A stretch of DNA of 64,000 bases from Balanoglossus misakiensis (Eukaryota > Animalia > Hemichordata), in the NCBI GenBank assembly GCA_040954595.2, contig CM082591.2:8410380-8474379 (forward strand). The letters run 5' to 3'. Of this stretch, positions 1 to 13,336 are shown in pieces (position 1 is the stretch's first letter; the number at the start of each line of letters is the position of its first letter). A program made the translations under genes and the position numbers. Below the pieces are notes generated by a model that made no database searches, had not been told where the DNA came from, and saw only the letters and a list, made by a program, of their open reading frames with translations.

Positions 1-659
1 GGCTTCTCTGCTCATACACTACACATTATAAACAATGGATGATAAAATGCGCCCTCTTTTGGTGAACTCTTACTACCGCCTGACCCCTCCAGCTGACCGC
101 CTACTTGCCTTACTGGACAAGGGAAGAAAGCCGGCTATCCAGCGAAATCACGGCCTGTCGCAGGTGATTTTTCAAATGAACCCCATATATAGTTTTCAGT
201 TGTTTTTATCATGCTGTTGACGATCAACAGTGTTGAAATTACCAACCACGAAGTCTACATCTGGAAGAAGATTACTACATTACCGCACGAAGCTGTTGGA
301 GCGCGCGAATCGTGTTCAAAGACGTTCGTTATAATTGCTAATGAGAAAACAGCACGTAGTTAATCCGATGAATGACAACTGCAAAAATGGCCAGAGGCGT
401 GACATATTGCTCCATACTCGATCGACTGGTTGCTTGTAGTGACAAGGACGCTCATTTATTCAAGGGCATTCCCACCAAAATATATGAATATTTATGTATG
501 TCAAGTGCCGCGCGCTTTACGCGTTGAGGCGAGCGAGATGGCCTTCTTCCCTTGTCAAGTATAGCAAGGTAGAAGGTCAGGCGGTAGGCAGAGTTCACCA
601 AAAGAGGGCGCATTTTATCATCCATTGTTTATAATGTGTAGTGTATGAGCAGAGAAGCC
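1..659. mobile_element. Fold-back/MITE-like element with long inverted arms (left arm probably continues outside the window)
   Basis: 1-85 (ggcttctctgctcatacactacacattataaacaatggatgataaaatgcgccctcttttggtgaactct...) is the near-perfect reverse complement of ~575-659. Confidence 0.7.
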
Positions 660-711
660 TTAGTGTTCCGGTTAGAAACGTATCGGTAAGACAAAGATGG
701 AAGAGTTGACC

Positions 712-883
712 GACAACAAATTTATTCAGTTTATATCATATAATTCTTACTTAAACGTTCCCTGAATACATACCTGTGCCTGAACTAGCATACGGCAGCA
801 AAATGTGCGGTTAAACCACAGGGATGTATTCAGGGAACGTTTAAGTAAGAATTATATGATATAAACTGAATAAATTTGTTGTC
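712..883. repeat. ~58-bp perfect inverted repeat with ~55-nt spacer
   Basis: gacaacaaatttattcag...cctgaatacat (712-770) versus atgtattcaggg...tttgttgtc (825-883). Confidence 0.85.
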
Positions 884-1437
884 AATGGCACAGCTCGTCT
901 TGCATTGCGAAGTCTCAGCAGAATCCATTTTTGCAGAAAATTTATCATATATCTTAGAAATTAAATTGTTACCTGATATCTCCTGCCTTTGTACATACAA
1001 TAAGATTCCACAGTACATTTTGGACAGCAACTGCCATGTGGTAAAATCTGGTTTTCTAGATCACAGTTGATTTGTTCACAATTGGGTCTTTCACAGGTTA
1101 CCTCTCCATCCTTAACAGAAATTCAGAAAACATTGTATGACATAAAACAGGTCGATGGAGAGGATGAAATGTTTTCAATAATCTGTACAGTGAATATACA
1201 GGAAAAATAGCAACATTATTCAACAAGTTATACAAGTTATGTGAAAATGTTGCATCAAACTTTGATAGGGAAAATGTGCCATTCAAAGTGTTTGCTTGCA
1301 GTTACTGAACCAATTTCAGAATTTTCGATAAATTTTCAGAATTTCTTTTAAATCTTAGGTTTTCTTCAACAGACATAAGTGTTTCCATCACCTTGATGTT
1401 TTCAAAAAGAGAAAGTATTATTTTTGAAATGTGGAAT

Positions 1438-1649
1438 TACTGTAAAACATGTTATTTTCCTGAGCAATAAATTTTTCGCGAAATACGCGAGAACCAAAAT
1501 AGCGTGAAAATAAAAAGTCGCATAAATTTTTTCCGAAGATAATGATGCAGTGAATGAAATAAGAGAACGTGAAAATTAATACTAGCGAAACAGTGGCTTC
1601 TCTCGATATCACGAAAATTTCAACTCGCTAAAATAAGTGTTTTACAGTA
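1438..1649. mobile_element. ~210-bp MITE with TACTGTAAAA...TTTTACAGTA ends (TA-flanked, Tc1/mariner-type)
   Basis: Terminal inverted repeats; related copies at ~4478-4688, 7033-7200 (truncated), ~8946-9046 (partial), ~13990-14172, ~15088-15293. Confidence 0.8.
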
Positions 1650-1918
1650 GTTTGGAACACGGTTATAATAATAAACTACACGCAACAAACATTAGAGGTT
1701 CACCAGAAGACGAAGTGTTAGATCAGAAACTTACCAGACATGTGCAAAGGCTGCAAGGATCAGCCAATGGAACAAACTGTTCACCAGTTTTGTAAATCTG
1801 ATTCTCAAAGCTACATTCCAAAGGACCTGTAAATGGAACATGACAACTGGTGGGATTATCTAGAGGAAGTGGAAAGTCACTGACTTCTGAAATGTTCTGA
1901 ATACTAGTACTCTCTTAA

Positions 1919-2547
1919 AGGCAATAGATCGTCTCACGCGCATGTGTGTAACTTCCCAGCAAATTTTCCGTTCGATGCATTCAAATAGTGGACTGCCTTC
2001 GCTTCCTTCCATATTTCATGCGCACCGTATAAGTAGATTCTGGTTTTGTCCCTCCTTTTCACCCAAGCTGGTGTTTTCTCACGATCTCCAACATAGATTA
2101 TGGTCGCCGCCATCTTGTCTGTTGTTAGGACAGAGCACTGCCTTATGGGATTGACTGTTCACTAAATGTCTGTAACCAGCGGCTACAGCTGGAACATGCG
2201 TGTGAGACGAGCTAGGTGCTTTAAAGGGCAGTGATCATCTTATGCGCATGTGTCAAACCAGAGACTCTGGTTACATAAATTGTATACAGTCATTGCCATA
2301 AGGCAGTGTGCTGTCCTGACAACAGACAAGATGGCGGCAACCACAATCTGTGGCTGATTGGGAAAAAACAGCAAATCGGATGAAAAGAAGGGACAAAACT
2401 AAAGTCTGGGTGAACATGAAATATAGAAGGAAGCGAAGGCAGTCCACTATTTGAATGTATTGAACGCAAACTTTGCAGAACACTTGGATTGGATGTAATG
2501 TTTGTAGACATTAATTACACACATGTGCATAAGACGATCATTGGCCT
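1919..2547. mobile_element. Two related TTAA-flanked MITEs (Kolobok-like) abutting in opposite orientation
   Basis: ttaa|aggcaatagatcgtctcacgcgcatg...catgcgtgtgagacgagctaggtgct|ttaa|agggcagtgatcatcttatgcgcatg...catgtgcataagacgatcattggcct; shared core (attcaaatagtggactgccttcgcttccttc) appears on + in copy 1 and on - in copy 2. Confidence 0.7.
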
Positions 2548-5177
2548 TTTACAGACTTTGTCACTGTGAGCAATAAATTGTATCAAGGAATACATACGCT
2601 CAGTTGTATTGAAACTTTTTGTGTTTTAAAAAGTTACCACAGACACGCATTGCATGATTGAACACCATTTGTTGATGTACATAAAAAAAACTTACTTGCA
2701 CAGCGTGGACAGCATTCACCTGCATCACGTAGGATTCTATCTTCGTTACATTCTAACTCAGGACACAATTTGACATCACATGAAGCATGACCATCCTGAC
2801 AGAAAATACACACAGAGACAATAAGACAACAACTCATATGGTTACCAATTGATCATACACTTGTTAAAAATTCACACAAAAACACATTTATCAACATCAG
2901 TAAAAATTGAACAATGAATGCTGGACCGTTTTTCCAATTCACCACTTTTGATTTCGATTGACACTTTTTTAAATCAAAGTATTTTATTTTCTTTGCAACA
3001 GCTTTGTGGATGTCTAACTGCAGGGAGATCTAACTTCAACCCTTACGCCAACATGGTTGGTCCAAATCCATTGTTTTCTATGGTAAAGTTGGACTTCCAA
3101 ACAGGGAAATGGGGATGAAAGGTTAATATAAGACTTGCATCTGGGTTATTCACTTACCATACATATACATGATGTACAAGGATTGAGTTTAAATTCTGTG
3201 CCATTCTGATATACAATGCCTGTTGTATTATTCTCACAAACTCTTTCCAAAGGCTCTCCTATATAGGATAAAGAAAACATTATACGACACACATATTCAC
3301 AAGTGAGCATGATTGATGTGAGGTCACATGAGTCTCAAAGCCAATCAGAGTGTACAACTTTCAGACCATTCATCTCATGGTTCATTTCCAGGAAATGCAA
3401 GTTTTTTTCAATAGTTTTCCAGGGCTTTCAGACCAAAAAATCAATTTTCTGAATATTTTTAATTAGATTTCTATGACTTTTGAAGCCAAAACTGACATTT
3501 CCTGGGAGTGATTATGCAGATCTTGTGTCAAAAACATCAACAATATTCTGGGACTTTCAGGAATGAATTTCATTTTTATATTTCTGTCTCTTCAACAAGT
3601 GCATAAATTTTGTCAATATTGTCAGAAAAGAATTTTTTTAAAAACACTGACCTGTACATGTTGGGCAACATGCAGAGTGTTCTACTGTGACTCTCTCTGG
3701 AGGACAATTCAGTGTTGGACAGAGAATTGTTAGACACAGCAATATTTCTTCCTGTAATCAAAAGTTATATGATTCAATCTGGCATACATGCACAATTATC
3801 ATATACTCTACTGTGGAATCATGTCCTCATTTAACGGCTTCGTGCATTTTCTATGTAACATGCACGGGCTAGTTGCCCAATTAAGATCACTGTTTTTGTT
3901 CTTGTGGTATCCTTAAATAATTCTTATGAAAACACATCAGAGTGAGATTTTAACCTGTTTTTTTTCAGTGCTTTGATCGTAGAACAGTGTAAAAAGCTCC
4001 CAAGAAGTCCAATAACTGATACAATTATTTTACATCTTTATATCATTTTTGTTCAGGATGAATCTCCTGTCTATGGTTAATGGAACAAAAATTGTCATTT
4101 GTTGAATATAAATTAGTTGTTGTTTCATCTGTAGTTTAATGCTCTGTTTCCTTGACCACACAAATTAAAGTTGTCATTATAAAAATTGTATACACATGTT
4201 GGTTGTAATTGGAGAATAAGACAAGAACTCGCTCATTAAGATGTCCATCTTACCGAACACTGGCATTCCAAACATTGGTCGATCGTCATCTGGTTTAAAA
4301 ATAGCACCTTCCTTATAAGTGACACCTCTGAATTCGCAACCAATACATGCTTGACAACACTGGTTTGGAACTCGCACTGGGTTCTCACACGGTGCTGGAC
4401 ATGTGACAGTTGTACAGGAGATGTCTTGGTCCTGTCAACACAAGAAACAAAAACGTCCAAGTTACAAACAAGAGAAATACTGTAAAAAACTTTATTTTCG
4501 CGAGTTGAAATTTTCGCGATATTGAAAGATGCCACTGTTTTGCGAGTATTAATTTTCATGTTCTATTATTTCATTCACTGCATTGTTATCTTCAAAAAAA
4601 TTTACGCTACTTTTTATTTTCACGTTATTTTGGCTCTCGCGTATTTGGCGAAAATGTATTGCTCGCGAAATTAAAGTGTTTTACAGTATGAATGAATGAA
4701 TGAATTTTATTTCACCAGAGATATGTCGATATATATATATATATAATACACTGAATGTAAAAGGAAGATGTTACATATTTCCAGTGTGGACCATGGAAAT
4801 AGTTTCGCGGAAACTAGTCTAGTCCATGGCCCATATTTCTGAGTTAATAAATTATAAAGATGTCAAACAGTTGTAAACGACACTAGTTACACAAGATAAC
4901 ATAATTGATACACAGATTAAAAATTATTATATAAATAGCCCAAAGTACAGATCTAGAAATCTAATTACTGAGATATATGACAAGAAGCAAAGATCCACAA
5001 AACATGAAAGCTCATCAGAACAGCAGAATGTGACACTGTACACATTGTTGCTGCACAAAAATGTCTTGGCATGAACACACTGCATGTGCTTATCACCCTC
5101 AAAGCCAAAAGTGCTCTGCATGTGCTTATAACAATCAAAGCCAAATGTGCTCTAACACAAGATATATTCTTCATTAA

Positions 5178-5527
5178 AGGGACAAAGTCTCTCTTCTTCC
5201 CCATTTTTAATTAATTATGTTTGATACAAGACACCGTTTATGTTATTCTACATGTGGATTTATAGGGAATCAACGTTCAACCACACACTACCTCCATCCC
5301 ACTTGTAGACGAGAGGGGAAAATCTCGCCAAAATGAATAATCAGTCTCTACCATTTATTCATTTTGGGCGAGTTTTTATTTTCATATCATACAAGCGGGA
5401 TGGAAGTTGTGTGTGGTTGAACGTCCATTCACTACATGTACATATACACATGTACATTTACATAAACAGTGTCTTGTATCAAACATAATTAATTGGAAAG
5501 GGGCAGCGAGAGAGAGACTTTGTCCCT
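5178..5527. mobile_element. Palindromic TTAA-flanked MITE (Kolobok-like AGG termini)
   Basis: ttaa|agggacaaagtctctc...gagagactttgtccct|ttaa; related copies ~6453-6808, ~7440-7780, partial ~24188-24310. Confidence 0.8.
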
Positions 5528-8500
5528 TTAAATCCACCAATCAAAGTAACTTACATCACATATACATGTTGTACAGGGATCATCTTGAAGAGTCCACATG
5601 TCACCATGGTGATACGTTGTGCCATCAATGACCCGACAGTCTAAACAAAGAGACAAAGAAGACATTTTATACAGTGCTATGTCACTCTGGTTGAAGACAT
5701 GATGATATGGCCAACAGGAATACCATTTTCTGGGTGTTCAAATTATATAGAATTCTTCTGTTTTGCGGTATTAAAATTGTTTTTTATATTTTGTCATTTT
5801 TCTGATCAATGTACTGGTATTGTGTAAAATTCGATTGATTGATTGGTGTGTGCTTTGTTCACAGCCTGAGCACTTACTCAGCAATTGATAACCCATACAG
5901 GAAAGATCACAACAAGTGATGACACATTGAAGAGAGATCACAACAAGTGATGACTCGTAGAGGAGGAAGCACAGCATGTGATGACTCATCTAACCTGTCC
6001 ACTTACCTAGACATTTAAGACAGCACTGCCCTGGTACACTTGCAAAATTAGAACATGTTGTGGCTTCACACACTGTTAACTTACAAGTCACAGTACCATC
6101 CTGTAAATACAAATTATTTAATGGGTTATTATTATAGAAATTATGGACGACCATTGACCCTGACCCTGACCATTGATACTTTTAATAGTAAAGGAATGTA
6201 TGTGTGCACCAATGTTCATGATGCATGTAGACTAGACAATGTTTCTCCTATGTGTATTAGTGGAACATTTTTGTTTCGGTTATAAGGTCTCTGTACGTAT
6301 GATTTTTAGTTTGTATGCATTTTTCCACAGCTTATGCATACAGTGTAGGTAACTCGAAAAAAAAAACACCTTAAGTCTTGGCATGAACACACTGCGTGTG
6401 TTTATAACCCTCAAAGCCAAAAGTGCTTTAACACAAGATGTATTCTTCATTAAAAGGACAAAGTCTCTCTCTCTCAGCCCTTTATCCATTAATTATGTTT
6501 GATACAAGACACCGTTTATGTTATTGTACATGTGGATATATAGTGAATCAACGTTCAACCACCCACAATTTCTATCCCGTTTGTAGACACGAGAGTGAAA
6601 AACTCGCCGAAATAAATAATTGGTCTCTACCATTTATCCATTTTGGGCGAGTTTTTACTCTCATATCCTACAAATGGGACGGAAGTTGTGTGTGGTTGAA
6701 AGTTGATTCACTACATGTATATATCCACATGTAGAATAACATAAACAATGTCTTGTATCAAACATAATTAATGGAATTGAAGGGGCAGCTAGAGAGAGAG
6801 ACTTTGTGCAGTGATGAGAACTTACAAGACACAGGCAGGATCTACACACATCACCAAGAGGGTTGAAGCGATCATCATCAGCATACAATATATTATTGTA
6901 TTCACACAGACTACATTCTGGACAGCAATCAGAAGCTGTGTACAGTCCATGCTCACATGTTACTGGACACTCTAATTCTGTACAGGTAATCTTGGAATCA
7001 GGCTGAAAGAGGAACGACAACAATCAGGTTCATACTGTAAAACACTTTACTTTCACGAGTTGAAATTTTCACGATATCGACAGAGGCCATTGTTTCGCGA
7101 GTATTAATTTTCACATTTTCTTATTTCATTCACTGCATCGTTATCTTCAAAAAAATGTTATGCGACTTTTTATTTTCATGCTATTTTGGCTCTTGTGTAT
7201 TTCAAATTCTGTCCACATTTGTCCAGGTTGATACTCTGTACCATCCCCTGCCACACATACTGGATCTACAAATAAAGTTCAAGTGCACATTGTTGAGATG
7301 GAAATTGTTACATTCCCATGCAGTCCACTGAAGGGGTCCAGTGTGTAACCCATTGCATGGATTGGTTACGCAAAGTGCCCTCATGTGACAAACTTCAGTC
7401 TAGATTAGTTTTTCCATCGTTGAACTTGAAGATAACTGTAAAGAGACAAAAAGTTTCTCTCTCGCTGCCCTTTTACCATTAATTATGTTTGACACAAGAC
7501 ACGGTTTAAGTTATTCTACATGTGGATTGATATAACTTTATTTATTTATAAAAATTAATAAAAAATAAATAAATAAATAAATAAATAAACTTCCATTCCA
7601 TATGTAGCATATGAGAATAAAAATCTGGCCAAAATGAATAAATGGTAAACACCGATTATTCATTTTGGCGAGTTTTTTCACTCTCATCTACAAGTAGAAT
7701 GGAAGTTGTGTGTAGTCGAATGTTGATTCACAATACATGTATATCCACATGTAGAATAACATAACGGTTTCTTGTCCCTTGAAGAACAGAAAATTATTTA
7801 ATCTCAAAAAACTCTGATACATAACACTTGACTTTAAGATCTTGTATCTGATATTTCCTTACTTTCTTGACACACTGGACAGCAACTATCCTCTACAAGG
7901 ATGGGGTTGTCACATTCCAGTATTGGGCAAATTTCCATGTTACCACATGTTACATTCCCAAACTATGCAGACAAGGAGAGACATCAGTTAAGTGTGGAAG
8001 AGATAGCATGGGTGCATGGTGGAGGGGAGGTGTGGATTAGGCAAGGTGGAACTGAGAGGGGGCAGAGGGTGAGGATGTCATGGGCAGTTCAATAACAGTA
8101 ACATACGATCTGTCAAATTATAAATGGAATAAGAAAGTTATTTTGTTCAGAAGGGACTTTACCTTCTGTTGGTATAACAACAATTCAAAGAAAATTAATC
8201 ACAAATTTTACATTGGAATTATTTACTTTCATTTATTGCTTGAGCAAATAAGTAGACGTGACATAGCCTACACCGTAGCCTGGCCAATCCATGTCTTTGT
8301 CAGAAACACTTTCACTAATGTCATACTCAGTTTTTTTACGTGTAACCAATGATATCTATGACTTTTAGTATTTGGGTAATTTTCTAAGATTAAAACACTC
8401 GATAAAATTATTATATTAACTTACTGTACAAAGACAAGTTATGCAGCCATCTTTGATTGTGTTCATATTCCTTATATACTGACCATCATACAGACAATCT

Positions 8501-9682
8501 GCAAAGAATTAATAACATAGTGATCACATTTCGTGTAAAAAATCCATTCTGGTCAATCAGATTTCAGTTAAGGAGAGTATTACTAAAACAGAAGTTATTC
8601 ATAACCATTTGCCAAGTGAATGTTTTCAAGAGGTTTCAGAAAATGCTATGCAGCCATGCACAGTTTTCTATATCCACTAGATATGTTCAACTCAGCTGTA
8701 ATTCATTAAAGCCCAAGTATTTCTCGTGTTTATCCATTTTTCATCATCGAAAATTGCCCGTTTTTCGCATACATTCATCATGGAATACTACATAATGAAG
8801 ATATAAGAAAGGTTTGGGCAATTGTAGCTACATGCAAGCCGTAAATATTGCCTGTAACACTTGAAATGATGCGCGGGTTTGTTTACGTTGCATTCCGTAT
8901 ATCAACAGAGCTCATTGTATTGTAAATTGTATGTAAATTGTATATGTTAATGAAATAAGAGAACACGAAAATTAATACTTGCAAAACAGTGGCCTCTCTC
9001 GATATTGCGAAAATTTCAACTCGCGAAAATAAAGTGTTCTTCAGTATGTCCGGACTGTGTTGTATGAATAGATGTGTGTAGTAGCTGTTGCTGACCAATT
9101 GCAAAAGAAATAAAAGACTTTCGAAGCTTGTTGAAACGACTTACCCTGACATGAGGGACAGCACATATCTTCATCTTGGAATGGAAATATGCAGTTCACC
9201 TGACATCTGATTGGTTAACAGTTGACATTACCAGATGTACATGTACACTCACTACAGCTATCTAGTAATGATGGGAATACCTTCTGTATCTTTCATACAA
9301 GGTTTGCAGTGACCTGTCCCATGTGTCAACATCTCCTGAAATTGATTCACAAATTTAAACAAAACATATCACACAACAACAACCACAAACTCAAATTATG
9401 ACCCACACGATAAGCTATCAAACCATTATAAACAAACAAAAAAACAAAATGCACTTCAATAAAGGAATAGGAATTTATAAGAAAAAATAAATAGAAATGT
9501 GTAGAAACTGTACAAATTATAAATGCAGAAAATATCTGATGTGTGTTCTGAAGATGTATTTTAAATGAACATATTTACCTAAACTGGGGCCATGCAACTA
9601 TTAATTCCACTGATTCAAATAATGCAATATCTGCCCAAAGCATTTTATTCTTGATTTGGACATTTCGAAAAATGCATTTTAC

Positions 9683-11211
9683 CTGACCAAACATGACTTA
9701 TAGACTCTCTTAGACCGGAACGGATGTCGGTCAAGTCTGCCTTGATCCACCACTTTCCGTCTGGTACCTTCTTCTGTATCATAAGCAATGTTTTCTCCTA
9801 CAAAGGAATTGAAAAGTATGATCTTATTTATATACTACATTTTGCTTCATTTGATGACAGCTGCTAAGTATGGAAGTTCCGTGATATTCAAATTCAACAC
9901 ACCTTTTACAGTAGACGGACCGGAAAAGAACTCACACACGCATACTTTTTTATATGATGGATACATAATTCAGAAAGTTTATACATTATTAATAAAAGCT
10001 AAATTACGTAATGATCTTACTTGAATGCTTGTATCTTCACTAAAATCACTCTTCTCCATGCAATATGCTGGCGTTCTCTTTGACAAACCAACAGCATTTG
10101 TCATTGCCTTAAAAGAGGAAATATAAATTACATAATATAACTGATTTGTTCCTGTAGCAAAGGTTATTTTTCAGAGTAAGTTGTGATCAGACACTGGCAC
10201 ACACTGAAATCTTCCTATGGATTTCTAACTACACGTATGCATGCATGGCTACACTATTTACACTTTAATATACATGAAGCTGGTACGTGTGTTGAATAGT
10301 TTTCTTAATGGCACTTCTTTCCTTTCATTAAAAATAGAAACAAGAGGCTAATGAGTGATTTTCAGGTATGATAGGGCATGCTTCACTATAAGTGTATATG
10401 AATAACTTTTAAGATGTGTCTCATTTTATTCACCTTCATTGTATTCCGCTTCATGTTTTGGAATTTTGTCTGTGGCTGAACTCCATATCTTGTGAGATGA
10501 TACAGGGATCTGTATTTGCTGATCTTTCAGCAACAGATAATGTGGAGAAAAGGCTACATATTGATAACATGTTTGACAGGGCAGTAATATTCTCCTGTTG
10601 CTGGTTCTGAAAATAAAACTAAATTGAAAGTAATTAGGTGCTCATTTTTTCCATTGTCAATAAACCAAAGAAAAACTCAGAATACCGGTAACTAAAAATA
10701 CAGAGAGCAAAATTATGAAAAAATCATACTTCATGTTCAAAGGATGTACTATACCCTAAAGCAGAAAACTTGCATAACCTTTGCATCCACATTTTAGTCT
10801 GATTATCAAAGAACATTATTAAGAAACGACATTGTTTTATCCTATCAAGTAAATCTTATCTGTCCTGGGTTTCATATTCCGGCTTTTAACAAGACTGCCT
10901 TGTTGCTCGGTATCGAGTAATCAGTCATGCATACATAAATTCAAAAACATTACACTCACCTGGTTATATGATGATCCTTCTCGTACATTATTGTCATTAA
11001 ATTCCTTCTCCATCTCCTCCCATTCAATATTGATGTCTACATCATCATTGGCATTAATGATATCTGACAATTCCATGGCTGACTGTAGTAGATCGCTTGA
11101 AGTTTGCAGAACTTGCTGTATCCTTTCTTCTTCATCCACTTCTCCTGTGTCTCCTACAACTGCTTCTTGTTCAATATCATTTTGCCCCAAGTCCTCTCCA
11201 CATTGGCCCAC
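9683..11211 (-). pseudogene. Decayed spliced ORF of unknown identity, probably the second gene of the adjacent transposon
   Basis: Splice-bounded coding-like exons 9683-9797 (KVPDGKWWIKADLTDIRSGLRESISHVWS), ~10021-10110, ~10434-10606 (contains stops), ~10960-11211 (acidic, ends at a GTGAGT donor); no VWC cysteine pattern. Confidence 0.5.
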
Positions 11212-11289
11212 ACAGTAGACTGATGCATTGGTGCCAAAATGACAATATAGTCCAGGAGATAGATGCCGTTAATCAGAATTTTTGGTAAG

Positions 11290-12330
11290 GAAAGGTTTGA
11301 GAAGTCCATTTCTATGTAAAAATGGTCTGATTCCAAAAAAGTCAGTCTTATTGACCCCACTCAAGACATAATTGCCATTTTGGCAAGTTGTAACCCAATA
11401 AGATCATTTTTAGAAAACACTAAAAACACACTGTTTTCGTCACATTCTGAGATCTGATGACATATGATATGTATATTCTATGTCTTTTTGACTTCAATCA
11501 ATACAAAAATGCCATATTTGGCCACTTTTTGAGGTCAAAAAAGGTCATTTTTTTTACAAAAAGCCTAAAAACAAATTGTTTTCTTCATATTCAGATATCA
11601 TTTGATATATGAAATATTCATTCTATGTAGAAAATGGTGCTGATTCCAGAAATATCAATCTTAATGACCCTAGTTAATAAAAAATGCCATTTTTGCCACC
11701 TTTTGCCCAAAAACGTCATTTTTAGAAAACACTCAAAACTTATATATTTTCTTCACTTTCGGAGATCTGATAATGTATTGTATGCCCACCCTATGCAAAA
11801 TTTGGTGACTATTCCAAAAAAGCAGATTTATTGACCCAACATGATGCAAAAAAGCCTTTTTTGGAAGTTTTTGCCCAAAAAGCCATTTTTAGAAAAAAAT
11901 TAAAAACAATTTTTTTTCATAAAGTTCAGAGATCATGTGATATATGAAATGTTCATTCTATGTAAAAAAATGGTGCCGATTCCAGAAATAGCAGTCCTAT
12001 TGACCCTACTGCAGACAAAATTGCCATTTTTGACACTTGTTGCCCAAAAACGTCATTTCTAGAAAACACTCAAAACGTTTATATTTTCTTCATTTTTGGA
12101 TATCTGATAATGTATTATATGCCCACTCTATGTGAACAATTTCCAAAAAAGCAGTTTTATTGATGCCACTCAAGATAAAAGTGCCTTTTTGCCAAGTTTT
12201 TGCCCCAAAAGTGTCATTTGCACAAAATTGTTATTTTTAAGAATACATTAATAGCATTCTCTTTTCTTCACTTTCGGTGATCTTATTATAAATAAAGGCC
12301 TATTCTATATTGAAATGTGGTTACTGATCA
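11290..12330. repeat. Degenerate tandem array of ~168-bp units (about 6 copies)
   Basis: Anchor ...ctat(g/a)...aaatggtg..ga/ttcc...ttattgacc...tgcc.ttttt...tagaaaacact recurs near 11307, 11474, 11619, 11788, 11955, 12125, 12300. Confidence 0.8.
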
Positions 12331-13336
12331 AAACATCTTGTTTCAATGTAAAACCTTGATAAGCCAAATGCTGATCGCCTGGTTCAACAAAATTAAAAAA
12401 AAACAGAATTCCTCACAATATAATTATCAGAAGTTCTCCCACCCCAGGCTCCAGAAATAAAACTAATTGACCCCCTTTGTGAACAAGAAACCAGCCATTT
12501 GGCAATTATGCTTCTTATAATCTGACCTGGTGTGAACTTGCAGCTTCAAGTCCCTGGGCCTCTAAAAATATTTCAGTGCAATCTAAAATGCTGACCAGTC
12601 TGGGAAAGTGTTTCTGAAAACACTTTGGAAGGTTTGGCAAAACATATTCTTTAGGTTGATAACATGTTATTTGTTTCAACTCTTTAGAGAGCACTTTGAC
12701 CCATGTATTGAAAATTATATTTTTCACACCATACCAATATCTCATTTTCCTGGTTTTCGGATCAATGTAGTCAAAAGGTAAATTGAAAAGAGCAATACTT
12801 GGTAGACCTGTGTAAAATTAACATTTCGAATCATCTTTCAATAATTTTTCAAACATATGTTTTCCATTTTCATTGCTTTTTTGCCAAACTTGCTTTTTCA
12901 TTCTAATCAATTCTTCACGGTCTTGAACTTTATTTAGCAAATCATTGATTGTCTCATTTTTTCATGACACCCCAAACAATTACAATCTTAACTACAGTCA
13001 CAAGATCTAAAGTAAGGTGGGCATCTCTAAACTATTCACTTACACGAGAATCTGGTAAAAAAGAAATACCTATATAGTATGTCTCGCAATGTTTTATGCC
13101 TGTATTGGTCGGTCGTCAACATAATTACATGTCTGCTATATACCACCACACAAACTAATTACGTGCCTAGCTTCACTATTCACGGTTGTTTTTTTATATT
13201 TGAGGCTGCAACCACCATGCATTGCTTTTGTCTCAAGTCGGCCATCTTTGCCCGGAGATTTGTCGAAGGTGTTTCCCCAGACCCTCTTTCTGGAGTGCCC
13301 AACGGAAGAAGCAGGGGGTCTGTGTAACCGAGACTA
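12330..13336 (-). mobile_element. Decayed DNA transposon end with ISL2EU/PIF-Harbinger-type (DDE_Tnp_4) transposase remnant and possible THAP-like N-terminus
   Basis: Minus-strand fragments FYTGLPSIALFNLPFDYIDPKTRKMRYWYG, FPRLVSILDCTEIFLE, SDYKKHN, FISGAWGGRTSDNYIVRNS, VEPGDQHLAYQGF with frameshifts and stops; terminus TAGTCTCGGTTACACAGACCCC at 13336. Confidence 0.8.

Larger units (their letters stand above)
973..9335 (-). pseudogene. Multi-exon von Willebrand factor type C (VWC) repeat gene, kielin/chordin-like; carries disabling lesions; continues left of the window
   Basis: AG/GT-bounded exons on minus: 9145-9335, 8425-8498, 7863-7962, ~7201-7265 (donor missing), 6826-7002, 6007-6100, 5555-5640, 4254-4431, 3652-3751, 3158-3258, 2696-2795, 1735-1826, 973-1110, encoding CxxCxC...C...CCPxC motifs (e.g. 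DGHASCDVKLCPELECNEDRILRDAGECCPRCA). Lesions: in-frame TAA at 9215-9217, +1 frameshift in the 178-nt exon 4254-4431, truncated exon at ~7201. Confidence 0.85.

Noticed and set aside
648-692. Hammerhead-like agaagcc...ggttagaaacg
   Set aside because: No CUGANGA box and no consistent stems.
11290-12330. CRISPR-like regular array
   Set aside because: Whole units are homologous with no unique spacers, no cas genes, eukaryotic context.
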